From an uncultured virus (IMG/VR IMGVR_UViG_3300037358_000205) (lineage: Duplodnaviria; Heunggongvirae; Uroviricota; Caudoviricetes), in IMG/VR virus record IMGVR_UViG_3300037358_000205: a stretch of DNA of 34,395 nt. One strand, given 5' to 3'. This document shows positions 1 through 8,292 of this stretch, piece by piece (positions within the stretch are counted from its first letter, which is position 1; every line of letters begins with the position of its first letter). A program made the translations under genes and the position numbers. Below the pieces are notes generated by a model. It ran no database searches, was not told the DNA's origin, and saw only the letters and a program-made list of their open reading frames with translations.

Positions 1-1024
1 GGCCCTCGAGCAGATGGAGGATCGAAACCAGCTTTTGCGGTACGCGACCGCTGAGGGTTTGGAACGGCGTGAGATGCCGGTGGATAACCTGGTGCTCGTC
101 GATCCAGATATTGAACTGGCGCTTCTTCTCGCCGTGGCGGGCTTCGTATTCGTCGCGGGCGGTGTCCCAATCGCGCCATGTGGTCATCGAGCCATCGGTC
201 TTAAACTTCCGCTCGATGCCGCCGCGGATCATGTAGCGGTTGGTTTTGATGTCCTTGATCGCGGCTTCGGCGCCGGAGGGAGTGTTGGTCCTGGCGGTGC
301 GGTGTTCAATCTTCCCATCCCGGCGATGGTCGCGGGCGAAGTAGAGGACGGCGGTATCTATCGAATTGCAGTTCTGGAAGATGCTGCCGGGGATCGAGAG
401 CCAGAGCCAGATGTGCTGGCGGGCGGCGAGGTCGCCGCCGTAGCCCTCGGGATTGCCGAAGTAGGCGCGGGCGATTGTCTCCGAGAGGATGATGTACCCC
501 TCGCCCTTGGTGGTCATGAACTCCAAGGCCATGAGGAAGGTTGCCACGCCGGAGTTGATTTTGCCCTTCTTGGTCGCCACCGCGAAGCTCTCGCGGATCT
601 CCCGCGACTTGCTCTTGCCGAGAAATTCGAGGCGCTTCGCATCCCAATTGATCGAGAAGGGAGGGTTGAGGACGAAGGTATCGGCCTGCCACGCGATTTC
701 CGCGAGGATGGGGGCGAAGAGGGTGATGTCGGCGGGGAAGGCGTTCCAGTTCCCCTTGGCATTGGCGGGCTTGCGGGCAACGCCCTTGTCGATGTCGCAC
801 CCCATGAAGTCGTCGCCTCCGCTCCCCAGGAGGAGATTTCCGGTCCCCATCTGCAAATCGACGGCGCGATAAACAGAGGGAAGGATGGAGGCGAATGCGG
901 TGGCGTAGGCGAGCGGCGTGATGAATTGCTGCTGGCCTTTCCTGGCGGTGTCGCCGCTGTCGAGGGTTTCCTGTAGGGAATCCCAATGGATGCCGTTTCC
1001 GGCTTCGGTTTTGGTCTTAGGCAT
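1..1024 (-). CDS. N6-adenine DNA methyltransferase-domain protein, 5' part only (runs off the window; possibly a large MTase-helicase)
   Basis: Manual translation from ATG at 1024 (MPKTKTEAGNG...) stays open to the window edge. It shows QQFITP, a motif I-like AVDLQMGTGNLL, GCDID and motif IV FVLNPPF. Preceded by a CA-rich leader and the 16-bp palindrome. Not in the ORF track. Confidence 0.75.
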   Translation of the reverse strand, partial: MPKTKTEAGNGIHWDSLQETLDSGDTARKGQQQFITPLAYATAFASILPSVYRAVDLQMGTGNLLLGSGGDDFMGCDIDKGVARKPANAKGNWNAFPADITLFAPILAEIAWQADTFVLNPPFSINWDAKRLEFLGKSKSREIRESFAVATKKGKINSGVATFLMALEFMTTKGEGYIILSETIARAYFGNPEGYGGDLAARQHIWLWLSIPGSIFQNCNSIDTAVLYFARDHRRDGKIEHRTARTNTPSGAEAAIKDIKTNRYMIRGGIERKFKTDGSMTTWRDWDTARDEYEARHGEKKRQFNIWIDEHQVIHRHLTPFQTLSGRVPQKLVSILHLLEG

Positions 1025-1053
1025 GGTGGCTTTGTGTGTGTGTGGTTTTTGCT

Positions 1054-1203
1054 TCACGCGTGAAGCAGTTCAGGTGACTCGATTGGCGGTTCGAGGGTGA
1101 TGGGCGCGTACTCCGGGGCTGAGTCCATCGCGACGAGGGCGACGGTGCAGACGGGGCACGTTTCAGTGTTGTGGTCTTCGTGGATAAAGAAGGCTGGGCA
1201 CAT
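1054..1203 (-). CDS. small hypothetical protein (49 aa, CxxC) ending in the palindrome
   Basis: Manual translation MCPAFFIHEDHNTETCPVCTVALVAMDSAPEYAPITLEPPIESPELLHA*; the TGA stop lies inside the palindrome at 1051-1066. Confidence 0.45.
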   Translation of the reverse strand: MCPAFFIHEDHNTETCPVCTVALVAMDSAPEYAPITLEPPIESPELLHA

Positions 1204-1354
1204 TGGGCTTGCTGAGGGGTTGAGGTTTAACTAAAGAGGGAGTCGGGTCAAAAGTGTCATTGTGACAATATGTCAACACGTTTGACACAATGATTTTGTC
1301 GTGTGGCTGCCGCGCTGGTTTGGGGGAGCCAGCGCGGCAGGGCCGCGCGGAAAG

Positions 1355-2008
1355 TTACTTTTTGGGCTGGTCGAGGTCCCGATTCCTGCCGCTGAGAAGT
1401 TCGGCGGCAGTCATGGTCTTGAGGATGTTGCGGGAAGTGAACTCAACGGGGGTGTTGGTTTCATAGCCGTGGATGTGAGCGCTAACCATGTTGGCTTGCT
1501 CGATGACGCCCTGCCACGTTTCGCCCTGGCGGGTGACTTGGACCCAAAAGCGTTCGCCTCCCGCCTTCCGTTCGCCTTCTCCCTTCCAGCCAACGCCAAG
1601 CTGCACGAAGTCGCCCTCGTGGATTTCCTCCAACTCGGCCGCGCCGGGGATGAAGAAGGAGTCCGGATGCTGCCGGTTTCGATCCACGGCATCCATGAGG
1701 GGCATTTGCTCGGCTGCGGTCGGGAGTTTCTCGGGATGCGGGAAGGCCCAAAACTGCGTGCCGTCGAATTGAACATCGTGCCCCACCGGGAGGCGGGCTG
1801 CGGCTTCCACGGTTTCGAAGATGGAATCAAGCGTAGCCTGGAGACGGCAGGCTTCGTCGAGGTCGAGCGTGGACCAATCCTTCTGAATGGCCGTGGCCGC
1901 GTTGTGAGCGAGGAAGGCGGGCACTTTAGTGAGAGGGTAGGGCTTGAGGCCGTAGCGAACTTCCCATGCGGCGGGATCGGGGAATTTGTAGGCGGGTGGA
2001 CGTGGCAT
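1355..2008 (-). CDS. hypothetical protein with C-terminal DUF2314-like domain
   Basis: Likely start MPRPP at 2008. The C-terminal HPDSFFIP...GDFVQL...GERFWVQV...WQGVI pattern resembles DUF2314-type domains. Confidence 0.55.
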   Translation of the reverse strand: MPRPPAYKFPDPAAWEVRYGLKPYPLTKVPAFLAHNAATAIQKDWSTLDLDEACRLQATLDSIFETVEAAARLPVGHDVQFDGTQFWAFPHPEKLPTAAEQMPLMDAVDRNRQHPDSFFIPGAAELEEIHEGDFVQLGVGWKGEGERKAGGERFWVQVTRQGETWQGVIEQANMVSAHIHGYETNTPVEFTSRNILKTMTAAELLSGRNRDLDQPKK

Positions 2009-2141
2009 AGGATGGGATGGTTTTTCGGGGTTCAGTATTTTGGGTGTTTGGCGGAAATAGCAAGGGTGAGGTAGGCGGCGGGGACTCTCTGAGCGCCCCG
2101 CCGCCCGTTCCACACACACGGAAAGTCGATGATCGACGGCG

Positions 2142-2870
2142 TTATGCCGCTTTCTGTTCGCGGAAGGCGGCTACGTCGAGGTACGCCTCGGCGTCGAGAA
2201 GGGCGGCGCGGACGTTGCCCCCGGCTCCGAAGGCGATCTTGTCGGCCATTTCAGCGGGGACGCCGAATTTCCGGACAAGGCCGCTGATTTCCTCCTGCGG
2301 AGGATTGACGATGGGGTATTGCATCCACCGGGTTTGAAACCGCTCCTGCATTTGAAGCAGGTTGGCGTTGCTGGTGCCGATGATGGCGCGGTGGGGCGTG
2401 AGGTCGTCGGCGTAGTCGAGCATGAGGATCTGTGCATCGTTGGTGCAGACATCCATTTCGTTAATGAGCTTGACGCTGTAGCCACCGAAGAGGCTGGACA
2501 TGGGGAGCGAGGCCATCCACTCGCGGACAAGCTCCACGCCGATCTGCTTGCCATTCTTCTTCTCGATCTCCGTCTCGTGCTGGGTGAGGAGCTTGGCGAG
2601 CCAGATTGCCAACTCGCTTTTGCCGACACCGGGAGGGCCGTGGAAGATGACCTTGAAGGGATTGCCCACTGCGAGGAGTTTCTTGACCTTCATGGCGAGG
2701 ATGCCGGCGACTTCGCGGGCGTTGCCGATGAAGTCCTCGGGTTCGGACGGGTGCCAGGTCGAGGGGGAGATGTGAGCGTAGGGCTGGCCGATGGGGATGA
2801 TGGTTCCCCGCGTCCAGTTGGACGAATGGTTTGGATTAGGGTTTTTGGCGGGTTTGGCGGTGCGTTTCAT
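2142..2870 (-). CDS. AAA+ ATPase, clamp-loader clade (DnaX/RFC/RarA-like)
   Basis: FIGN, Walker A GPPGVGKS, IGVELVRE, Walker B-like LINEMD, sensor-1 GTSN, RFQTRW (SRC-like), GNVRAAL. Confidence 0.8.
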   Translation of the reverse strand: MKRTAKPAKNPNPNHSSNWTRGTIIPIGQPYAHISPSTWHPSEPEDFIGNAREVAGILAMKVKKLLAVGNPFKVIFHGPPGVGKSELAIWLAKLLTQHETEIEKKNGKQIGVELVREWMASLPMSSLFGGYSVKLINEMDVCTNDAQILMLDYADDLTPHRAIIGTSNANLLQMQERFQTRWMQYPIVNPPQEEISGLVRKFGVPAEMADKIAFGAGGNVRAALLDAEAYLDVAAFREQKAA

Positions 2871-2991
2871 GTGTGTGGTGTGTGGTTACTGACGGTTGAG
2901 CCACGCGAGCGCGGCGTTGTGGGTGGGAAGCTCGATGTCCTGGGCAATCATATATCTTGCTCACAAGGCTCGGGCGGTTTGAAGTCGTGGG

Positions 2992-3882
2992 ATGAGCAAA
3001 ACGAGGCCGTTAAAATTCTCCGAATCATCACAGATCGCCGATTGGAAGAAGTGGCATGAGCAAACCTACAAATCCCGCATCTGTCGTCGCGTGGCTGCTA
3101 TTTATTCCGAGAATTTGCTGCGCTCTCATTGCTTGGCCATTGTTCCAGGATACGCCTTTATGAGCGGCGTGAACTGGCAGGAATGCATGGACGAGGCGAA
3201 GAGACGGGAAAATATTCAGGACGAAACAGACGAGAAAGTGTTAAGGCTAGCAACAAGGCTGTACCTTCACATTTTCAAAACGCGGACCATAGAGGACGGG
3301 AGCCGCGACCTACGTGCCGCCCAAAGCAATGCCGAAATCACGATGTCTAGGACTCCGATTATGAGACGATCTCTTGTCGGGATGCTTGAGGGGATGATTA
3401 TCCAAGCATGGACCGCGTACGAGGTGATGGCTGTCGATCTGATTAAAAGTCTGCTCAAACGGAGGCGATCTCTCGACACGCGCAAAACTTGGTCTCCAGC
3501 GGAAAAAGAACACTCAGGATTTGGAAGCCGAAGCAAAATCGCCAATTATTACCGATGGACATTCAGGACCGACAATGCGGCCATACTCAAAAATGTTGAT
3601 AGCCCGGCTGTCCACGCACTTGGAATTGCTCGCAATCTACTGGTTCACTCCGCTGGGTGCATCGACAAATCTTTTCAAACTCACAGACTTGGATTTTATG
3701 CTGGCATCCCAAGCTTGTCCCCATTGCTGCCAATTCCAGAACTGAATAAAATCAGGGGAAATTCGATTGGCTATCGTGTCAACTTCGATGGAGATTTTGT
3801 GCGCCTCCTGATTGACAAAGTGACGCCGTTAGGATTTGGGCTGGTAAAGTACGTGGATGAGTGGCTTACTACTCACAAATGA
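2992..3882 (+). CDS. HEPN-like domain protein (putative RNase, toxin or defence effector)
   Basis: IIQAWTAYE followed by ARNLLVH (Rx4H). Visibly lower GC than its neighbours and on the opposite strand. Confidence 0.6.
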   Translation: MSKTRPLKFSESSQIADWKKWHEQTYKSRICRRVAAIYSENLLRSHCLAIVPGYAFMSGVNWQECMDEAKRRENIQDETDEKVLRLATRLYLHIFKTRTIEDGSRDLRAAQSNAEITMSRTPIMRRSLVGMLEGMIIQAWTAYEVMAVDLIKSLLKRRRSLDTRKTWSPAEKEHSGFGSRSKIANYYRWTFRTDNAAILKNVDSPAVHALGIARNLLVHSAGCIDKSFQTHRLGFYAGIPSLSPLLPIPELNKIRGNSIGYRVNFDGDFVRLLIDKVTPLGFGLVKYVDEWLTTHK

Positions 3883-3929
3883 AGGATCAGATTGGGGGGC
3901 TGTAATACTCTCTCACGTCGATGATATTC

Positions 3930-4676
3930 TCACCCCTCAGCCTTCTTCTTAGATGCGTGCGTTTCCCTATACTCAGCTTCCCTCCGAAGTATGGTGGGAT
4001 AGACATTGATGAAATCGAATTTGGTCATTTCGATGAGGAGCATTGCGGTTTGGACGTGGGTGCCTGTCTCCTTGAACGCGGCGGGGTCGAGGCTGATCCA
4101 CTGGGAAGCCAGAGGGCGTAACGCCTTGTCGCGGTGCGGGCCTTCCATGCAGATCGCGGCGAGCTTGCCCTCCGGTTTCAGGAAGGTAAGGGCGTGGAGG
4201 ATGTGCTTGATGTCGCTCCTCATGTGGAAGGGCGGATTCATGATGATGGCGTCGAATAGGCCGGTTTCGGCGGGTTTCATCGTGAGGAAGTCGCGCTGAT
4301 AGAGGGTCTTTTCCCCGTTGCAAGAGTCGTAGTTCTCGTAGAGATGGCGGCAGAGGACGGGTTCCATTTCCACGGCGACGACCTCGGCGGGAGCGATGGG
4401 CATTTGGATCGGGTGCAGGATGGCGTCGATCAAACGGCCAAGGCCGGCGCTGGGCTCGAGCACTCGTGCGCTGGGTTTTAATCCAAGCAGGGCCGCAAGC
4501 TGGGCGGCGATTGCCACGGGTGTCTGGAAGAGTTGATAGGCGCTGACTGCAACGGGCGCGGCGCCGTTCTCGTGACGGCCCGCGAGTCGGTCGAAGCGCG
4601 GTTTCATTTCCTGCATGGCGAAGCCAGCGGCATCGTTTTCCATGCGGAGTTGGTGCAGGCGGTGGAATGCGTTCAT
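3930..4676 (-). CDS. class I SAM-dependent DNA methyltransferase (N6-adenine, NPPF type)
   Basis: QLFQTP, motif I VLEPSAGLG, AVEME, DFL, motif IV IIMNPPF, HILHALTFLKPEG. Start MNAFH at 4676 overlaps the upstream stop. Confidence 0.9.
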   Translation of the reverse strand: MNAFHRLHQLRMENDAAGFAMQEMKPRFDRLAGRHENGAAPVAVSAYQLFQTPVAIAAQLAALLGLKPSARVLEPSAGLGRLIDAILHPIQMPIAPAEVVAVEMEPVLCRHLYENYDSCNGEKTLYQRDFLTMKPAETGLFDAIIMNPPFHMRSDIKHILHALTFLKPEGKLAAICMEGPHRDKALRPLASQWISLDPAAFKETGTHVQTAMLLIEMTKFDFINVYPTILRREAEYRETHASKKKAEG

Positions 4677-4828
4677 TTTGGCTCCCTTCCCACCGGCAGC
4701 ACTTTGACGGCGTGGCATCCCGGCGTTTCGCGGGCGATGCGTTCGGCGGTTTTGAGAGTGAGCGGCCCTTCGCCGTTTTCCTCCCAAATGCCGCCGCGAT
4801 TTTCGATGATCCAGACGATGTATTTCAT
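4673..4828 (-). CDS. small hypothetical protein
   Basis: MKYIVWII...; overlaps the upstream stop and the downstream start (translational coupling). Confidence 0.5.
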   Translation of the reverse strand: MKYIVWIIENRGGIWEENGEGPLTLKTAERIARETPGCHAVKVLPVGREPK

Positions 4829-5016
4829 TATTTGGCGTTCTGTTGTTCGATCCAGTATTTCAAGCCTTCCTTGGCGGCGGCTTGATTGGCTCGCTTGTGT
4901 TGGATTGTCTTGCCGTCCCCGTCGCATTCCTCGTTGCCGTCGATGGTGCCGACGAAGTACCAGGAGATATTTGTGCAGGAGACGTAACCGGAGAAACGGG
5001 ATTTTCTTTTCTTCAT
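4828..5016 (-). CDS. small hypothetical protein
   Basis: MKKRKSRF...; TAATG coupling to the next ORF. Confidence 0.45.
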   Translation of the reverse strand: MKKRKSRFSGYVSCTNISWYFVGTIDGNEECDGDGKTIQHKRANQAAAKEGLKYWIEQQNAK

Positions 5017-5123
5017 AAAGAGTTGGTTGGTAAGCAGCAGGCCCCGATGCCAAGGCCAGAGGTATCGCGCCACTCCTACCTAAAGGGCAGGCGCGTCTGT
5101 GCGGGCATCGGGGCCAAATTGCT

Positions 5124-6722
5124 TCACGCGTGAATCAGTTCAGTCTGAACGGGCAGGGCTTCCCACACTTCGGCGGGGAAGGGCTTCTGCGGCTTGTCGG
5201 TGAGGACGATGACGGCCATCGCCATGTAGCTGGAGCCATAGGTCACGCGGACCTGGGCGACGGCGGGGCCTCGCGCCTTGCGGCGTGCCTCGCCTTCGGA
5301 GGAATACATATTGGATTCGCGCTCGCTGAGTTCGCCGTTGTGGTAGAGGTAGCGCGTCTCGGCTTTCGCGTAGGAGCCTTGAGAGTTGGCGGAATAGGTG
5401 GCCTGCTTGATGCGGCAAACCTCCGTCGCCGTGAACGGTTGCGGGTGTTTCTTCCGCAAGAGTTCATCCTGTACCCGGTTATTGAGCATGGTCTGGAGCC
5501 GCTCGGCATCCTCGTCGGTGGGATTGACGAGGGGGATGGTGGCCTTCTTGGGCGTGGCGTCCTTTTTCTCCTTCACGAGCGCGGCGAGCGCGGCCTTGTC
5601 CGCCTCAGTCGGCGGGCGATAGGCGTTCTGCGGGAGCCGCTCGGTCTTGTACTGCATGAGGGCGTAATCGGTGCCGGGGACGTTCTCGACTTGGTAAGTC
5701 CAGCCGGAAACCTTGGGGACGCGGATATGCACGGAGACAACCCGGCCGGTTTTCACGGACTTGTTGACCTTGTGAATCTGCTTCTCGCCGATGAAGCCTC
5801 CCACTTCGATGTCGAGAGAGGCGGCGCGGCCTCCCTGTGCCTCGATCATCTGATTCTCGTAGGCGAGGCGAAGCTCCATGTGGAGCGTCCACTCATTGTC
5901 GGCCTGCGGCTCGGAGTGATCGGAGAAGAAGAGGTCACATGCCTGCTTGCCGGTGATGGTGTGCTTCTCGGGGCGCGGCTTGATGTCCTCCTCGCTCTTG
6001 AGGTTGACGCCGGAGAGGAGGCTGTAGAGCGAGGATTCCCCATCGCGGCTGAACGCCGTGGGGCCAAGCGGATGCGGGTATTCGGCCCATTGGTTGGTCG
6101 AGCCGGTGAAGTCGAGGGCAATCTCGGTCTGCTTCACGGGGTCTTCGATGGCGCGAATTTTCTCCCATGCCCGGAAAATCCGAAGGCGCTTCTCGATCTC
6201 GGCGCGCTCCTTGCGAAGCTCGGCCTCGATGGTCTTGATGCGGCCCATGCGGACGCCGGGGCTGGAGACGTGGAGGGCGTGGCTGATGACGCCAGCGGTG
6301 CGCCGTTGCCAGTATTCGGCTTTGCCCCATGCGTCGGTGGCGCGGGTGCCGATGCGGTCGTGGCGGGATGCCGCGCGGTTGGCGCGGGCCTGGCTCTGGA
6401 AGCCGTGGACGTGGGGGCCGGCGTCGAAGCGGTCGGCGTGGCCGGCGGCCTCGTCGGTGCGCTTGTCGCGGTACTCGCCGAAACGCTCGGCGCGATCCGC
6501 GGCGCGGTCCTCCGGTCCCATGTCCTCGTCTTCGATGATGTCCGCGTACTTGAGGCAGGTATCGCGGCGGCTGACGGTCCAGGTGGCGACGAAGTCGCAA
6601 TCCTGTTTGGGTGTGGATGTCCAGCCCTGCGCTTTGAGCAGGAGGTATTCATCCCGTGGAACGCGTCCGACATAGAGACGGAGCTTGTTATCTTCGGGGC
6701 TATAGGTGGCGGTGTCTTTCAT
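5124..6722 (-). CDS. DUF3560-like domain protein
   Basis: The N-terminus ATYSPEDNKLRLY...W+P+Q...IEDED...RAERF...AEYW..R...RI..IEAELRK matches my recollection of DUF3560 proteins of plasmid leading regions. The stop lies inside the palindrome (IHA*). Confidence 0.8.
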   Translation of the reverse strand: MKDTATYSPEDNKLRLYVGRVPRDEYLLLKAQGWTSTPKQDCDFVATWTVSRRDTCLKYADIIEDEDMGPEDRAADRAERFGEYRDKRTDEAAGHADRFDAGPHVHGFQSQARANRAASRHDRIGTRATDAWGKAEYWQRRTAGVISHALHVSSPGVRMGRIKTIEAELRKERAEIEKRLRIFRAWEKIRAIEDPVKQTEIALDFTGSTNQWAEYPHPLGPTAFSRDGESSLYSLLSGVNLKSEEDIKPRPEKHTITGKQACDLFFSDHSEPQADNEWTLHMELRLAYENQMIEAQGGRAASLDIEVGGFIGEKQIHKVNKSVKTGRVVSVHIRVPKVSGWTYQVENVPGTDYALMQYKTERLPQNAYRPPTEADKAALAALVKEKKDATPKKATIPLVNPTDEDAERLQTMLNNRVQDELLRKKHPQPFTATEVCRIKQATYSANSQGSYAKAETRYLYHNGELSERESNMYSSEGEARRKARGPAVAQVRVTYGSSYMAMAVIVLTDKPQKPFPAEVWEALPVQTELIHA

Positions 6723-6788
6723 GTGCGTGTGCTGTTGCTGGGTTGGTTGATAGGTTGATTCACGCGTGAAGCAGAAAGTTACTTTCAG

Positions 6789-7403
6789 TCATGACCATTT
6801 GTATTTGGCCCAATCCTTGAACTCGCGTTTGGCGTCCACGAGTTGAATGGGGTATTTGCTGGCGACCTGTTTCAGAAGGATGCCTTCGAAAAAGACATTG
6901 AGGCCGGTAAGTCCAAGCTGGCGGTTCACGAATTGCGCGTGGGTGTAAAGCTCCCATGCCTCCCGCAAGGGATGGCTGGCGACGGCGCGGACGGCGTTCT
7001 CACGCCCGAAATCCTTGTTGGCGAGACAGGCAATGTCCCGCTCCATGATTTCGCGGCGTTCGGTGTAAGTGGCGTCGGGGATCATCACGTCGAGAACGAT
7101 GAGGGAGCCGCGCATGTAACCGTGACGGCGCTCCAAGCCTTCGCAATCCATGTGACGGGGAAACCGCTTTGGCAGGGCATGGAGTAAGTCGAGGGCCTCG
7201 GAAAACTCGGAGGAGATTGAGAGGACTTCGCCGTGCCGGTTGTAGAGGATCTTCTCGTGGCGGTCGGCTTCGACGCGGAAGCCGTTGAGTTTCAATTCCG
7301 CCCTGCGGTCGCCGTAAATGTCGGGATCGAGAAACAGGGGCTTGGTGATTGCGATGTCGAGCGGCCCGCCGTGGATGGGGCGGGCTGGATGGGTGAGGTA
7401 CAT
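6789..7403 (-). CDS. ATP-dependent DNA ligase-like adenylation domain (no OB-fold)
   Basis: Motif I ELKLNGFR, NRHG, motif III MDCEG, IIIa LDVM, IV EGILLK and V WAKYK, followed almost immediately by the stop. Start MYLTHP at 7403. Confidence 0.75.
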   Translation of the reverse strand: MYLTHPARPIHGGPLDIAITKPLFLDPDIYGDRRAELKLNGFRVEADRHEKILYNRHGEVLSISSEFSEALDLLHALPKRFPRHMDCEGLERRHGYMRGSLIVLDVMIPDATYTERREIMERDIACLANKDFGRENAVRAVASHPLREAWELYTHAQFVNRQLGLTGLNVFFEGILLKQVASKYPIQLVDAKREFKDWAKYKWS

Positions 7404-7558
7404 AGACGGTGTGCGGCTTGTTGGGCTTCGGTGAAGGTGGCTTTTGCCATGATTGCGCGGTGAAATTCCTGCCAGTATTTTCCACGGCCATAGAGGAGTG
7501 GCGTCTTGCGCCACTCCTCTTCGGACATTTCCCACGGATGCAGGGTGTGGACTTCCAT
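7292..7558 (-). CDS. small hypothetical protein (overlaps the ligase start)
   Basis: MEVHTLHPWEM... is coupled by TAATG to the upstream gene; its 3' part overlaps the ligase ORF by about 110 nt. Confidence 0.35.
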   Translation of the reverse strand: MEVHTLHPWEMSEEEWRKTPLLYGRGKYWQEFHRAIMAKATFTEAQQAAHRLCTSPIQPAPSTAGRSTSQSPSPCFSIPTFTATAGRN

Positions 7559-8292
7559 TAGTGCTTGCGGAAGCTGGCCTGAATGGGGATGACGCGGTTG
7601 AGGGCGAGGTTGGTAGCCAGGTCGAACCGCTGCCACCGGGTCGCCTTGAAGTGCGGGGTGGGGGCGATGATCGACTTGCGGGCGAGGCAGTTGAGGCAAC
7701 CATGCTCCTGAAAGAGCGCGACAAGGCCCGCCGAAAGTGCGGGGCGCACGCTATCGGGAACGTCAGCCATTTTGATGGTGAGGCTGGTGGCATCGCGGAA
7801 GTTCTCGGTGAAGAGAGGCACGTCGCCATTGAGGAGGGTGAGGAGTTCCCCGGCTGCCGTCTTTGGGATTTCCTTGTACTTGCCGCCCGAATCGCCGCAA
7901 AGGGTGATGAGGCTCTCGGAGACGACGCCGGCGGCGAGGATGCCGCTGGGGACTTCGGCCAAGCCGATGTTCTGCTTGATGTACTGATCGGTGACGACAG
8001 GCGCGAGGAGGCCGGAGAGGACTTCCATGCTGCCCTTGAGAGCGGCGGCTTCTATCTTCTGCCGGTTCAGCTCGTCGATCTGCTTGCGCTGGGGGTCGGT
8101 GAGGATGGCGCGAGGGTAGGATTTGCCCCCGGTTTTCTTCGCGGCGGATTCCCCGATCGCGGCGAGCGGGTCATCGTTGCCGAATGGGTTGACGGTGGGT
8201 GCAGGGCCGTCTTTTGGAACGACCGTGAACGTGGGGCCGGGAGCGACGGGTTGAAGGTCGGCGGCGGGTTTCTTGAGTGCGGCTTTAGCCAT
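7558..8292 (-). CDS. hypothetical protein
   Basis: 244-aa ORF with a CA-rich leader and codon usage like its neighbours. Confidence 0.75.
   Translation of the reverse strand: MAKAALKKPAADLQPVAPGPTFTVVPKDGPAPTVNPFGNDDPLAAIGESAAKKTGGKSYPRAILTDPQRKQIDELNRQKIEAAALKGSMEVLSGLLAPVVTDQYIKQNIGLAEVPSGILAAGVVSESLITLCGDSGGKYKEIPKTAAGELLTLLNGDVPLFTENFRDATSLTIKMADVPDSVRPALSAGLVALFQEHGCLNCLARKSIIAPTPHFKATRWQRFDLATNLALNRVIPIQASFRKH

Noticed and set aside
14..976. Plus-strand 320-aa ORF and other long antisense ORFs (for example 5130-6758, 18298-19242, 20851-21951)
   Set aside because: These are antisense shadows of minus-strand genes that have recognisable motifs, which is common in GC-rich DNA.
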